Of a DNA stretch of 64,000 nt, positions 18,570 to 27,666 are shown one piece after another. The notes under the pieces were generated by a model. That model searched no databases, had not been told where the DNA came from, and saw nothing but the letters and a program-made list of their open reading frames with translations. How positions within the stretch are numbered: the stretch's first letter is position 1; every line of letters begins with the position of its first letter. The position numbers and the translations under genes are program-made. Origin of the DNA: Patescibacteria group bacterium (GTDB taxonomy: Bacteria; Patescibacteriota; Minisyncoccia; Phycocordibacterales; Phycocordibacteraceae); the NCBI GenBank assembly GCA_040390125.1, contig JAZJYZ010000001.1, positions 374,402 through 438,401 on the forward strand, in the 5' to 3' direction.

Positions 18570-19205
18570 ATGCAGGCTTCTGGTTCTCTGTATCTCATTC
18601 ATGGTGCTGCACTTGATGCTGGTGCGGTTAAGTTTGATTTCGAAAAAGGATTTCCTTTCGTCTCAGGAATCGTTGCTCCTATCTACATAGACACACGTAA
18701 ATTGTGGTTTGATCCAGCAATACGTGAAAAAGCGGTGAACGCTCTTGCTGAATATATTGATCAGGAACGTCTCGAATTTGATACGATTGCCGGGGTTGAA
18801 AGTGGTGCCATAGCACCAGCAGCACTTCTTGCCTCAAAACTTCAAAAGCGTTTTGTGTACGTTAAGAAAAAAGCGAAGGAGCATGGTTTGAAGCGTATGA
18901 TCGAGTGTGGCGATGTGGAAGGTTCGAATGTTCTCCTTCTCGAGGATTTGGTATCCACAGGTGGAAGTAGTGTTAATGGAATAGAGGTATTGAGAAGTGC
19001 CGGAGCTATTGTGCATGACTGCCTTGCCGTTCACTCCTACGATTTTGGAATGGCGACGGAGAATTTTTCAAAAGCCGACGTACGTTTACATCCATTGGTT
19101 CTGGTAGGAGAAATTGCTCACGAGGCAGCTGTTCGCTCTGTTATCTCTCTTCCTGAGGAAGAGAGGGTAGTTGCATGGCTTAAAAACCCTCATCAACCCT
19201 GGTAA
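18570..19205 (+). CDS. pyrE: Orotate phosphoribosyltransferase
   Basis: SGIVAPIYIDTR, KKAKEHG, LEDLVSTGGS; adjacent to pyrD. Confidence 0.9.
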   Translation: MQASGSLYLIHGAALDAGAVKFDFEKGFPFVSGIVAPIYIDTRKLWFDPAIREKAVNALAEYIDQERLEFDTIAGVESGAIAPAALLASKLQKRFVYVKKKAKEHGLKRMIECGDVEGSNVLLLEDLVSTGGSSVNGIEVLRSAGAIVHDCLAVHSYDFGMATENFSKADVRLHPLVLVGEIAHEAAVRSVISLPEEERVVAWLKNPHQPW

Positions 19206-20263
19206 TGTACAAAACTCTCGTTTCTTTTTTCTTTCTGTTTTTTAAAGATCCGGAAACGGCGCATCATGTTGCGCTTGTTTTTTTGAGAATCATTGGGTTT
19301 CCACCTTTCAAGCAAATACTCTCATTGTTTACTCGTGTGAACGACCCCGCACTTTCACAAAAAATATTTAAACTCACATTTAAAAATCCTATAGGCCTTG
19401 CTGCAGGGCTTGATAAAGAGGGGCAGGCGATCCCAGGTATTGAGGCTCTGGGTTTTGGATCTATTGAAGTAGGTACGGTTACGAGTCATGCACAGCCTGG
19501 CAATCCTCGCCCGAGGCTTTTCCGTTTCGAGGAAGATAAAGCAATCATAAATAGGATGGGTTTTAACAACAAAGGCGTTGCCGTCATGAAAGAGCATCTG
19601 GGGATTGTGCGTGTGAAGGTGCCAATCGGAGTATCTATCGGGAAGTCGAAAGTCACAGAGCTCAAAGATGCCGCAGAAGATTACCTCTATTCATTTTCAG
19701 CCTTGTATGATGTTGGAAATTATTTTGTCGTGAACGTGAGTTCGCCAAACACACCCAATCTTCGACAGCTTCAAGACACAGATTTTCTCGCAAACATTTT
19801 GGGACGTTTAAATCACTTCCGTGATATCCAACCAGTTCGGAAACCTATACTACTGAAAATAGCTCCCGACACAGCACTTAAAGCCATTGATGAAATACTT
19901 CACGTATGTAAAGAGCAGAAGGTTGACGGAATTATTGCCGTAAATACGAGTGTCGGCCGTGAAGGATTACATGCTCCTACAGAAGAAAGTGGAGGGTTAA
20001 GTGGTCTTCCCATTCAGAAACGCTCCACAGAAATCATTCGCCATATCCACGAACAGGCCCCAACGCTTCCCATCATTGGCGTGGGTGGAGTATTTACCGC
20101 AGAGGATGCGTACGAAAAAATTAAAGCAGGTGCGAGCCTCGTTCAGATTTATACAGCATTTATCTACGAAGGCCCGATGGTGGTAAAAGAAATAAATAAA
20201 GGTTTGGCTGGGCTTTTAAAAAGGGACGGGTTTAAAAATATTTCAGAGGCCGTAGGGAAATAA
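19205..20263 (+). CDS. pyrD: Dihydroorotate dehydrogenase, class 2 (quinone-type)
   Basis: NPIGLAAGLDK, GNPRPRLFR, INRMGFNN, NVSSPNTP, GGLSG. Confidence 0.95.
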   Translation: MYKTLVSFFFLFFKDPETAHHVALVFLRIIGFPPFKQILSLFTRVNDPALSQKIFKLTFKNPIGLAAGLDKEGQAIPGIEALGFGSIEVGTVTSHAQPGNPRPRLFRFEEDKAIINRMGFNNKGVAVMKEHLGIVRVKVPIGVSIGKSKVTELKDAAEDYLYSFSALYDVGNYFVVNVSSPNTPNLRQLQDTDFLANILGRLNHFRDIQPVRKPILLKIAPDTALKAIDEILHVCKEQKVDGIIAVNTSVGREGLHAPTEESGGLSGLPIQKRSTEIIRHIHEQAPTLPIIGVGGVFTAEDAYEKIKAGASLVQIYTAFIYEGPMVVKEINKGLAGLLKRDGFKNISEAVGK

Positions 20264-20350
20264 AGAGGGCTATTGACAAACTCAATATATAATGATATAT
20301 TGAAAGGGCGTTTCAAAAGCGGACTTATTTAGTGAAATAGTCATAAAAAT

Positions 20351-20827
20351 ATGGGATTTGAAAGAGCTGTCAAAAGAATAACTCATCTTGCTGCGCCTGT
20401 GGCGGCTTTATCACTTGCAAGTTCCGTACCGTTTTCAACGGCCCCTGAACTCAACTTTGACGACCCTAAAATGATGATTGCATTTGCGAGCTCAAGAGGG
20501 TGGCAAGATAAAGAAATTCATTCTTTCGCCCAGAGGTGCGCTGACGGAGCTTTAGATGGTGGCTCTATCATCGATCATACCTATGCATTTCCTTGTCTTG
20601 GTGAACCACTTAGAGAGGCGACTCATTTAGTTAAACGAACACTAAATTCTCAAGATGGCCCTAAGGTGTGTGACCCTAAGATCCTCGCGGAGTATGGACC
20701 TGTCGAAAATACTGATGGTGCGTATGTAATGACCGGATGGGTGGATTACCCAGTAAAAAACACTGCCGGCGATTGTGTTACAAAACCTAATCCTCTCACT
20801 GAAGTCCTTACATCGGATTCTAAATAA
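20351..20827 (+). CDS. Orphan exported protein
   Basis: TTGACA(20273)-17-TATATT promoter; hydrophobic N-terminus. Confidence 0.55.
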   Translation: MGFERAVKRITHLAAPVAALSLASSVPFSTAPELNFDDPKMMIAFASSRGWQDKEIHSFAQRCADGALDGGSIIDHTYAFPCLGEPLREATHLVKRTLNSQDGPKVCDPKILAEYGPVENTDGAYVMTGWVDYPVKNTAGDCVTKPNPLTEVLTSDSK

Positions 20828-20972
20828 AAAGTTATAGTTACGCTTAGAGACGACTAGTATGTGGATAAAGTTTGCATAGATCTGTAACCTGCCGTATACT
20901 CTCTCTAATTTATGCAGCAATTTCCAAACACTATTTTCCGCCACAAGAAGAGTAGTAGTGTTTCTGTTTCAT

Positions 20973-20997
20973 CCCTCCCATTGGAGGGTATTTTTTT
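20973..20997 (+). terminator. Leader terminator/attenuator immediately 5' of the amidohydrolase gene
   Basis: CCCTCC-CATT-GGAGGG-TATTTTTTT, ending about 6 nt before ATG 21004. Confidence 0.55.
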
Positions 20998-21003
20998 ATC
21001 TCT

Positions 21004-21981
21004 ATGGAAATAAACCCTTGGGACTTGAAGGCACAAATGCTTACCGCAATTAAAGCAAAGGGAGGCTTTGCAAATTGCCATGCTCATTTTGATAAAGCGT
21101 ATTACATATCCAAAGACGGACTCGACAAGGCGATGGTGGACATGGAGGTGAAGTGGCGAATGTCTGACGATATCAAGCGCAATTCTACTCAAACCGAAAT
21201 AGAGGAGAGAATTCGCCGAGGGTTCGACATGTTGGTTGCCCAAGGATGCACGTATACCTGCACGTTTGTTGATGCATACGATGCAGTTGGACATAAAGCC
21301 ATTGATGCCGCCCTCAAGGTTCGCGAAGAATACAAAGGGAAAATCGAAGTAAAGCTCATCACGCAACCTTTAGGTGGATTGGTGGATGAAACCGCACGAA
21401 AACTTTTTGAAGAAATCAGTGCAAAGGCTGACATCGTGGGCGGACTTCCTTCTAAAGATCGACCAAATGATGCGGAAAATTATGATCTCTTGTTTGGCAT
21501 CGCAAAGAAATTAAATAAGCCAGTGCATGTGCACATTGATCAAGAAAACAATCCTGATGAAAAAGACTCTGAAAAACTCATTGCGGCAGTGAAGAAACAC
21601 GGCTACGAAGGACGTACTGTGGCCATTCACGCAATCTCTGTTTCTGCACAGCCAGCTCCATATAGGAAAGAGATATACAAACAGTTTGCTGAGCTAGGAA
21701 TTGCGGTTGTGGTGTGTCCAACAGCCGCAATTTCAATGCGTCAACTTGATGACAAACTAGCTCCCGTGCATAACTCAATTGCAAACGTTCCTGAAATGCT
21801 CGAGGCAGGTGTTCTTGTGGGGCTTGGAGTCGACAACGTCTGCGATTTTTATGAACCGTTTGTTGATGGAGATATGTGGACGGAGCTCCGATTCCTTCAA
21901 GAAGCTTGTCGATTTTATGCCTTCGATCCATTAGTAGCCATCGCATCGGAAAACGGTCGCAAAATCCTCAACTATGCTTAA
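21004..21981 (+). CDS. Amidohydrolase, cytosine deaminase (CodA)-like
   Basis: NCHAHFDK, HVHIDQ, AIHA, GVDNVCD metal-site motifs. Confidence 0.8.
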   Translation: MEINPWDLKAQMLTAIKAKGGFANCHAHFDKAYYISKDGLDKAMVDMEVKWRMSDDIKRNSTQTEIEERIRRGFDMLVAQGCTYTCTFVDAYDAVGHKAIDAALKVREEYKGKIEVKLITQPLGGLVDETARKLFEEISAKADIVGGLPSKDRPNDAENYDLLFGIAKKLNKPVHVHIDQENNPDEKDSEKLIAAVKKHGYEGRTVAIHAISVSAQPAPYRKEIYKQFAELGIAVVVCPTAAISMRQLDDKLAPVHNSIANVPEMLEAGVLVGLGVDNVCDFYEPFVDGDMWTELRFLQEACRFYAFDPLVAIASENGRKILNYA

Positions 21982-22021
21982 TTACTACTTTCTACCTTCT
22001 ACTTACTAATAACTAATCACC

Positions 22022-23308
22022 ATGGCAAAACTCTGGCAAGCACCAACAACAAAACTTCATCCTCTCGTCGAAAAATATACTGTCGGTAGTGACTATGAGC
22101 TCGACAAACGTCTTTTGCCGTACGACATAGAGGCTTCCATTGCTCATGCAGAAGCGCTCGTTAAATTAGGCATCCTTACGGAAGATGAGTTTAAACAGCT
22201 CAAAGGTGCATTAGGCGAAATTTTGGCGCTCCATAAGGAGGGCAAATTTGAAATCACTCAAGCTGATGAAGATTGCCACACGGCGATTGAAAACTATCTC
22301 GTTCAAAAATTGGGACAGCTCGGTAAGAAAATTCATACCTGTCGTTCTCGTAACGACCAAGTGTTGGTGGCGACACGCCTCTACACTCGGAAGAAGTTGA
22401 AACAAATCAGTGAAGAAATAATAAAAACACAGAAAGTATTTCTTGAAATGGCAAAGAAGTATGAGTTTATGCCAATGCCGGGCTACACCCACACACGCCG
22501 AGCAATGCCCTCATCTGTTGGACATTGGGCAGCCGCATACGTGGAAGAGCTTATTAACGACCACATGCTCCTCGAGTCTGCATACAAATTGAACGATCAA
22601 AATCCAATGGGTGCAGCCGCAGGGTTTGGTATTAACCTTCCTCTCGATAGGGAACTCACCACGAAGCTTCTTGGCTTTCAACGACTCCAAGTGAATTCGC
22701 TCTATGCAGTGAATAGTCGAGGGCCAACGGAAAGCTACATTTTGTCAGTGTTGACGAAAGCAGTGATGACCTTGGGACGCCTTGCCAACGAAATGATTTG
22801 GTTTACGACGCCTGAATTTAATTTCTTTTTCCTTCCAAACGAATTCACTACAGGTTCTTCAATCATGCCTCAGAAAAAGAATCCCGATGTATTCGAGATT
22901 CTGCGTTCCAACGTGAATGTCATCGTTGCCTTGCAGACGCAGGTTAAAGACATTTCTAAAAATCTCATCTCCGGCTACAACCGTGACACCCAGCTCACCA
23001 AAGAGCCTCTTATAAAAGGAATGGGTATTGCACGAAGAAGTTTTGAAATAGTTGCGCTCGTGATGGCAGAAGTAAAGCCAAACGAAGAGAAACTGATGAA
23101 GTCACTAGAACCAGAGTTCTTTGCAGTACATGAAGCCAACCGTCTTGTGAAGGAAGGTATGACATTCCGTGATGCGTACCAACACGTGAAAGAGCATCTT
23201 GCAGAGCTCGAAGTGCCAGATCCGGTAAAGGCCATTAAAGAAGTGGTGTCGATTGGAGGTCCGGGGAACCTTCAACTCGATAAATATGTTCTCTCCACAC
23301 CGCTTTAA
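22022..23308 (+). CDS. argH: Argininosuccinate lyase
   Basis: EDCHTAIE, HTCRSRNDQV, MPGYTH, TGSSIMPQKKNPD, GYNRD. Confidence 0.93.
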   Translation: MAKLWQAPTTKLHPLVEKYTVGSDYELDKRLLPYDIEASIAHAEALVKLGILTEDEFKQLKGALGEILALHKEGKFEITQADEDCHTAIENYLVQKLGQLGKKIHTCRSRNDQVLVATRLYTRKKLKQISEEIIKTQKVFLEMAKKYEFMPMPGYTHTRRAMPSSVGHWAAAYVEELINDHMLLESAYKLNDQNPMGAAAGFGINLPLDRELTTKLLGFQRLQVNSLYAVNSRGPTESYILSVLTKAVMTLGRLANEMIWFTTPEFNFFFLPNEFTTGSSIMPQKKNPDVFEILRSNVNVIVALQTQVKDISKNLISGYNRDTQLTKEPLIKGMGIARRSFEIVALVMAEVKPNEEKLMKSLEPEFFAVHEANRLVKEGMTFRDAYQHVKEHLAELEVPDPVKAIKEVVSIGGPGNLQLDKYVLSTPL

Positions 23309-23321
23309 AAGCGGTGTTTTT
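23297..23321 (+). terminator. Intrinsic terminator
   Basis: ACACCGCTTT-AAAAGCGGTGT-TTTT. Confidence 0.65.
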
Positions 23322-23373
23322 ATTAGAGAGGTTCTTACATTATCAAATTAAAAATTAAAATTAAATAAAACAT

Positions 23374-24219
23374 ATGCATCCAGCAATTGATCTCATCGAG
23401 CCAAAAGACTATGACGCAGCCGTCACAAAACTTCGTGAATTTTTTAGAATGAAAGGTTTCATTGAAACGCCAATTCAGCATCGCTTGAGTATTCTTGCCG
23501 CATGCGAAGACCCGTTTACCATCGCAACCTTTAATTACGCAGGTAACGTGTGGCCTCTTCCGCAAACAGGGCAGATGTGGCTCGAATACGAATTACTTAC
23601 GAAGCCCGATGTGCCAGGCTACTACTGCATCACCACGAGCTTCCGCAATGAAGCAAAACCCATTCCAGGGCGTCACAACCTCATCTTCCCGATGTTTGAG
23701 TTTGAAACCCACGGAGGTTTGGATGTACTCCAAAAGCTTGAGACCGAACTTCTAGAGTTTATGGGCTTTGGCACCGCTTCTTCGTTTAAGGAACTTGAGT
23801 ACGCTGATGCTACCGCCAAATACGGCACAAAAGATTTGACTGCTGTCGAGGAGATAAAAATGCAGGAGGATTTTGGACCAGTGGTGTTTCTGCGAAATTT
23901 TCCACAATACACATCGCCATTCTGGAATATGAAGAAGGAAGGGGAGTTTGCGAAGAAAATTGACGTTATTCTCTACGGCATTGAAACCATAGGTTCAGCT
24001 GAGAGAAGTATTGACCCGAAGGAAATGCGTGAGCTCTTTAACACCATTTCGGACGGTATGTACGCAAAGACAATCTTTGCACAATTCGGGCAGGCGAGAG
24101 TTGAAGAAGAGCTTGATAAGTTCTTGTCCTACAAATTCTTTCAACGCTGTGGTGGAGGTATTGGGCTCACTCGTATGATTCGTGCCATGAAATTAGCGAA
24201 GCTCATTCCAAGCTCTTAG
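23374..24219 (+). CDS. Class IIb aaRS catalytic-domain-only protein (asparagine-synthetase-A/AsnRS2-like)
   Basis: LPQTGQMWLE, TSFRNE..RH..IFPMFEFE, ETIGSAER, GGGIGLTR; no anticodon-binding domain. Confidence 0.8.
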   Translation: MHPAIDLIEPKDYDAAVTKLREFFRMKGFIETPIQHRLSILAACEDPFTIATFNYAGNVWPLPQTGQMWLEYELLTKPDVPGYYCITTSFRNEAKPIPGRHNLIFPMFEFETHGGLDVLQKLETELLEFMGFGTASSFKELEYADATAKYGTKDLTAVEEIKMQEDFGPVVFLRNFPQYTSPFWNMKKEGEFAKKIDVILYGIETIGSAERSIDPKEMRELFNTISDGMYAKTIFAQFGQARVEEELDKFLSYKFFQRCGGGIGLTRMIRAMKLAKLIPSS

Positions 24220-24263
24220 TACTTATTGACTCGTTTGTATACTGGTCGTATATTATTTCCATT

Positions 24264-24479
24264 ATGCCAAGAACTAGTGAATCTGCGTCTGTCAGAAGAA
24301 TTCTACCTTCTGGAGAAAAACTTGTTCGAGTGGTCTTAGGAGAAAAAATCATAGAATTTAAAGTAAAAGGTCCTGTTGTAAAAACATTAGATCGCAGAGA
24401 TTCATCTATAACAGACGCAGAAATTCATAGAGGATGGAGGGTTGCTGCTGGACTTGAGGCTCGAAATGCAGGAGCTTAA
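24264..24479 (+). CDS. Orphan small protein
   Basis: TTGACT(24226)-17-TATATT promoter 9 nt before ATG. Confidence 0.55.
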   Translation: MPRTSESASVRRILPSGEKLVRVVLGEKIIEFKVKGPVVKTLDRRDSSITDAEIHRGWRVAAGLEARNAGA

Positions 24480-24576
24480 TTGCGTGCTCGCAGGTGATAT
24501 CCATTGCCTAATTCGCACGAATGGTGGAATAGTTTGGGAATTTGACCTCTAGGGGTATGAGTTTTATAATTAAAAG

Positions 24577-24735
24577 ATGATTGGAGAGGGAGTTACCAGA
24601 GAAGTATTGCTAGGCAGGCTCACAAAAGCCGCTCGAAGAGGTCGTGGTGCACGTACTCCTGTGCAGGAATCCGCACGAAAAGTAGAAATAAACCAGGTAC
24701 TTCGACAGTTGGACTCCTCTTTGCGAGTGCAATAA
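24577..24735 (+). CDS. Orphan 52-aa basic protein (not in ORF track)
   Basis: TTGACC(24542)-17-TATAAT then 6 nt to ATG; MIGEGVTREVLLGRLTKAARRGRG... Confidence 0.55.
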   Translation: MIGEGVTREVLLGRLTKAARRGRGARTPVQESARKVEINQVLRQLDSSLRVQ

Positions 24736-24763
24736 ATCTTTCGTAATCAGTTATACTTGAGCG

Positions 24764-25804
24764 ATGTCAGGTGATTTATCGCTGTACAGAAAATACCGTC
24801 CTCAGGTCTTTAAGGATGTCTTGGGGCAAGACCATGTGGTTAAGGTGCTTGAGGGAGCGCTTAAAGAAAAGCACCCTGCACATGCATATCTTTTTATAGG
24901 TTCTCGAGGAACAGGAAAGACCAGCGTGGCTCGCATCCTTGCACGAGAGCTCGGTGCAACTGAGCGTGATATTTATGAAATGGATGCAGCATCGAACACG
25001 GGCGTTGATAACATTCGCCAGCTTCGTGAAGAAGCGTTTGTGATGCCGTTTGAGTCTCCTCGAAAGGTATACATCATCGACGAAGTGCACATGCTCTCAA
25101 AAGGTGCTTTCAATGCGTTTTTGAAACTTCTTGAAGAGCCCCCTTCGCATGTGGTGTTTATTCTTGCAACTACTGAACTGGAAAAAGTTCCTGAAACTAT
25201 TCAGTCACGTTGCCAAGTGTTCACATTCAAAAAACCAACGCAAAAAGTATTGGTGGAAATGGTAACAAGGGTGGCAAAAGCGGAAGGCTTTACGCTTGAG
25301 CCCGCCGCAGCTGAGCTTATTTCACTTCTTGCTGACGGATCATTCCGTGATGCTCATGGCACCTTGCAAAAAATTCTTGCCTCTTCTTCGGACAAAAAAG
25401 TAAGTGTTGAAGAAGCAGTGCTAGTTACGGGGGCACCCCGTTTGGAGCTTGTAGAAAAAGTTATTACCGATTTGAGTGAAGGAAAAGCTGATGGTGCACT
25501 TCAAGCAGTGGGGGAGGCAACGAAGGCGAATGCTGACATGAATGTGTTTGCAATGCTTCTTCTTCAGCGCTTGCGCATTCTTCTTATGCTTCGCTACTCG
25601 CCTGAATTTGGCAAAGAACTTTCGAGCGACCTTGCCGATACTGACCGAGCATTTCTTGAATCTCTCGCAAAAGACGCAAAATCAAAAATAAATTCAGAAA
25701 CCTTGCGTAAATTCATTCTTGCCTCTATCGAAATCCCTCGCTCTCCCGTTCCTCAGTTGCCTTTAGAGCTTGCAATAATGGAGCTCTCAGCACCGAAGGT
25801 GTGA
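24764..25804 (+). CDS. dnaX: DNA polymerase III subunit gamma/tau (short form)
   Basis: LYRKYRP, GSRGTGKT, DAASNTGVD, IIDEVHML, TIQSRCQ. Confidence 0.95.
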   Translation: MSGDLSLYRKYRPQVFKDVLGQDHVVKVLEGALKEKHPAHAYLFIGSRGTGKTSVARILARELGATERDIYEMDAASNTGVDNIRQLREEAFVMPFESPRKVYIIDEVHMLSKGAFNAFLKLLEEPPSHVVFILATTELEKVPETIQSRCQVFTFKKPTQKVLVEMVTRVAKAEGFTLEPAAAELISLLADGSFRDAHGTLQKILASSSDKKVSVEEAVLVTGAPRLELVEKVITDLSEGKADGALQAVGEATKANADMNVFAMLLLQRLRILLMLRYSPEFGKELSSDLADTDRAFLESLAKDAKSKINSETLRKFILASIEIPRSPVPQLPLELAIMELSAPKV

Positions 25805-25889
25805 GGTTGTAGGTGATAGGGAATAGTTAAAACTGGAAATTTCAGCCTAAAACCTGTAACCTATCACCTGTAACCTAGAAGTTAGGTAA

Positions 25890-25960
25890 TGGGGAATCGT
25901 CTAATGGTAGGACAGAGGCCTTTGAAGCCTTTAATTGGGGTTCGAATCCCTGTTCCCCAG
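25890..25960 (+). tRNA. tRNA-Gln(TTG)
   Basis: TGGGGAA/TTCCCCA acceptor, GAGGC-CTTTGAA-GCCTT anticodon arm, GGTTCGAATCC; no encoded CCA. Confidence 0.93.
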
Positions 25961-25961
25961 C

Positions 25962-26162
25962 AATGACATAAAACAGGCCACTCTATGTGGCTTTTGTTTT
26001 ATGTAATCATTGCGTGGGAAAGAAAGCGAATAGTTTCGCTTTCGTCAGGATTCGAAAAGCGGAGGTATACTTTTGTTTGTGCCTCACAAGGCAAAAGTAC
26101 CGAGCTGGGGTCGCGAGAAATTTCAGTCAAGAAATTTACTTGTGACCGAATCCCTGTTCCCC
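25962..26162 (+). ncRNA. Structured tRNA-trailing element ending in a duplicated tRNA-Gln 3' end
   Basis: Several hairpins, antisense TGGGAA..CAGGATTCGAA, terminal TGTGACCGAATCCCTGTTCCCC; homologous to 8161-8324. Confidence 0.7.
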
Positions 26163-26279
26163 CTAGAAATCTTGGCTGTCTCCATTCCTGAATCCCTCTT
26201 CCTCAGTTAGTAGAGTTGGAGTTCTGGACGCCCCAAGAGCGTCATTTTAAATGCTATTATTTGTAGTAACTAAAGTGCT

Positions 26280-27665
26280 ATGCAAAAAAAGATAGCTTTT
26301 CTGAAGACCTCCGATTTAGTCTTGGACATTGATAATCCTAGATTTGGTGAACTTTATACGGGAAGTAATAAGGAAGAAGATCTCATAGAATATTTACTAT
26401 TCAACGAGTCGGCAATTACTTTAGTCGATCGACTAGCTTCAACAAAGGAATTCTATACAGATAAACCATTACTAGTTTTTGATAACGGTAAAAAGAAAAT
26501 AGTCAAAGATGGAAATAGAAGATGCGCCGCAGTGAAAGCTTTGCTGAACCCTACCAAATTCGGTATCACTTCTCCCGCATATAAAATTAAGGAGCTCCCG
26601 GTCGTTGTGTATACAAATAAAGCAGAAATAGATAAACGAATTATTGAAGAACATACCAACAGTATGTTCAGAGAATGGGACAGAATTGCAAAAGCAATTG
26701 AAGTTTATAGGCAGTTTGAATCTGGCTCCTCTATAGAATCCATGGAGGAGATTGACAGTAAGCCTGCGGATTTAATTAAATTAGCAAGTTTCTACTATGA
26801 AGCTGTAAAAATCGGAGGTGATGATTTGAAAAAGCTTCTGCGAAAAGGTAGGGGTGGTACTGGAGGAAAAACAACTATATTTGAAAGATTATTTAAATAC
26901 TCAAACGCTTGTGGTTATCGATTTAAAAATAAACCTGACTATGTTGTTGAAATAACCGATAACAAGAAGTTTAAAAGTTACATCAAAAAAGTAGTTGGGT
27001 ATTTGACGAAGAACCCTTCAACTACATATAGAGATGTTGATGAAAAGAACCCAAAGTTTTTTACAGAAATAGGCCTTTCCAATCTTGCTACTCAAAACTC
27101 TTCTGGATCATCTACGCCAACCACAGTAAGCACATCGCAAACAAAAGGCGCCGCTCTCGCCGCAGCATCAATTCCAAAACATACAAATAAAGCCCAACCT
27201 AAACCTGAGTACAATCGAACAATACCTGGGCCATTAAAAAAAGTTATTGACGAATGTTACGGACTAAACGAACTAACTTTTACTAATTCAAAAATTGCCA
27301 TGACCCGGGTGGTTTTTGAATGTTGTTTAAAATATATTGTGGAAGAAACGAAATATAACGGCATTCTTTTAAAAGATTACAGCTATTTTAATAATATTTT
27401 TCCAAATGGAACTCCAACAGGTAGAAAGTGGACAAATTTTACAAAATTAAAAAATTTGTTTGAGGAGCTAATAAAAAACGCGGGGAAAAAGCAAGCATTT
27501 AAGAGCTTTGATATAGAGATACCTCATCAAATAATTCATAACTACAATATTGCAGGTCTTGTGAAAGAGGCAAAAACTCTCTGTGACAACTTAATACCTC
27601 TAGTCGAATTCATGCTGGAAACAGAAGCCAACCTTCTAAATAGTATTGATACACAAAAATTATAG
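26280..27665 (+). CDS. ParB/Srx-like N-domain protein with HEPN-like C-terminus, methylase-associated
   Basis: LDIDNPRF, VKDGNRRCAAVK; C-terminal RVVFECCLK...HQIIHN; AT-rich. Confidence 0.6.
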   Translation: MQKKIAFLKTSDLVLDIDNPRFGELYTGSNKEEDLIEYLLFNESAITLVDRLASTKEFYTDKPLLVFDNGKKKIVKDGNRRCAAVKALLNPTKFGITSPAYKIKELPVVVYTNKAEIDKRIIEEHTNSMFREWDRIAKAIEVYRQFESGSSIESMEEIDSKPADLIKLASFYYEAVKIGGDDLKKLLRKGRGGTGGKTTIFERLFKYSNACGYRFKNKPDYVVEITDNKKFKSYIKKVVGYLTKNPSTTYRDVDEKNPKFFTEIGLSNLATQNSSGSSTPTTVSTSQTKGAALAAASIPKHTNKAQPKPEYNRTIPGPLKKVIDECYGLNELTFTNSKIAMTRVVFECCLKYIVEETKYNGILLKDYSYFNNIFPNGTPTGRKWTNFTKLKNLFEELIKNAGKKQAFKSFDIEIPHQIIHNYNIAGLVKEAKTLCDNLIPLVEFMLETEANLLNSIDTQKL

Positions 27666-27666
27666 T

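Noticed and set aside
20860-20868. Replication origin suggested by DnaA boxes (also 2692, 62953)
   Set aside because: Boxes are isolated; no cluster, DUE or dnaA/dnaN linkage
24764-25804. Short dnaX as a frameshifted gene
   Set aside because: No continuation after the stop; a tRNA follows, so this is a gamma-length natural form
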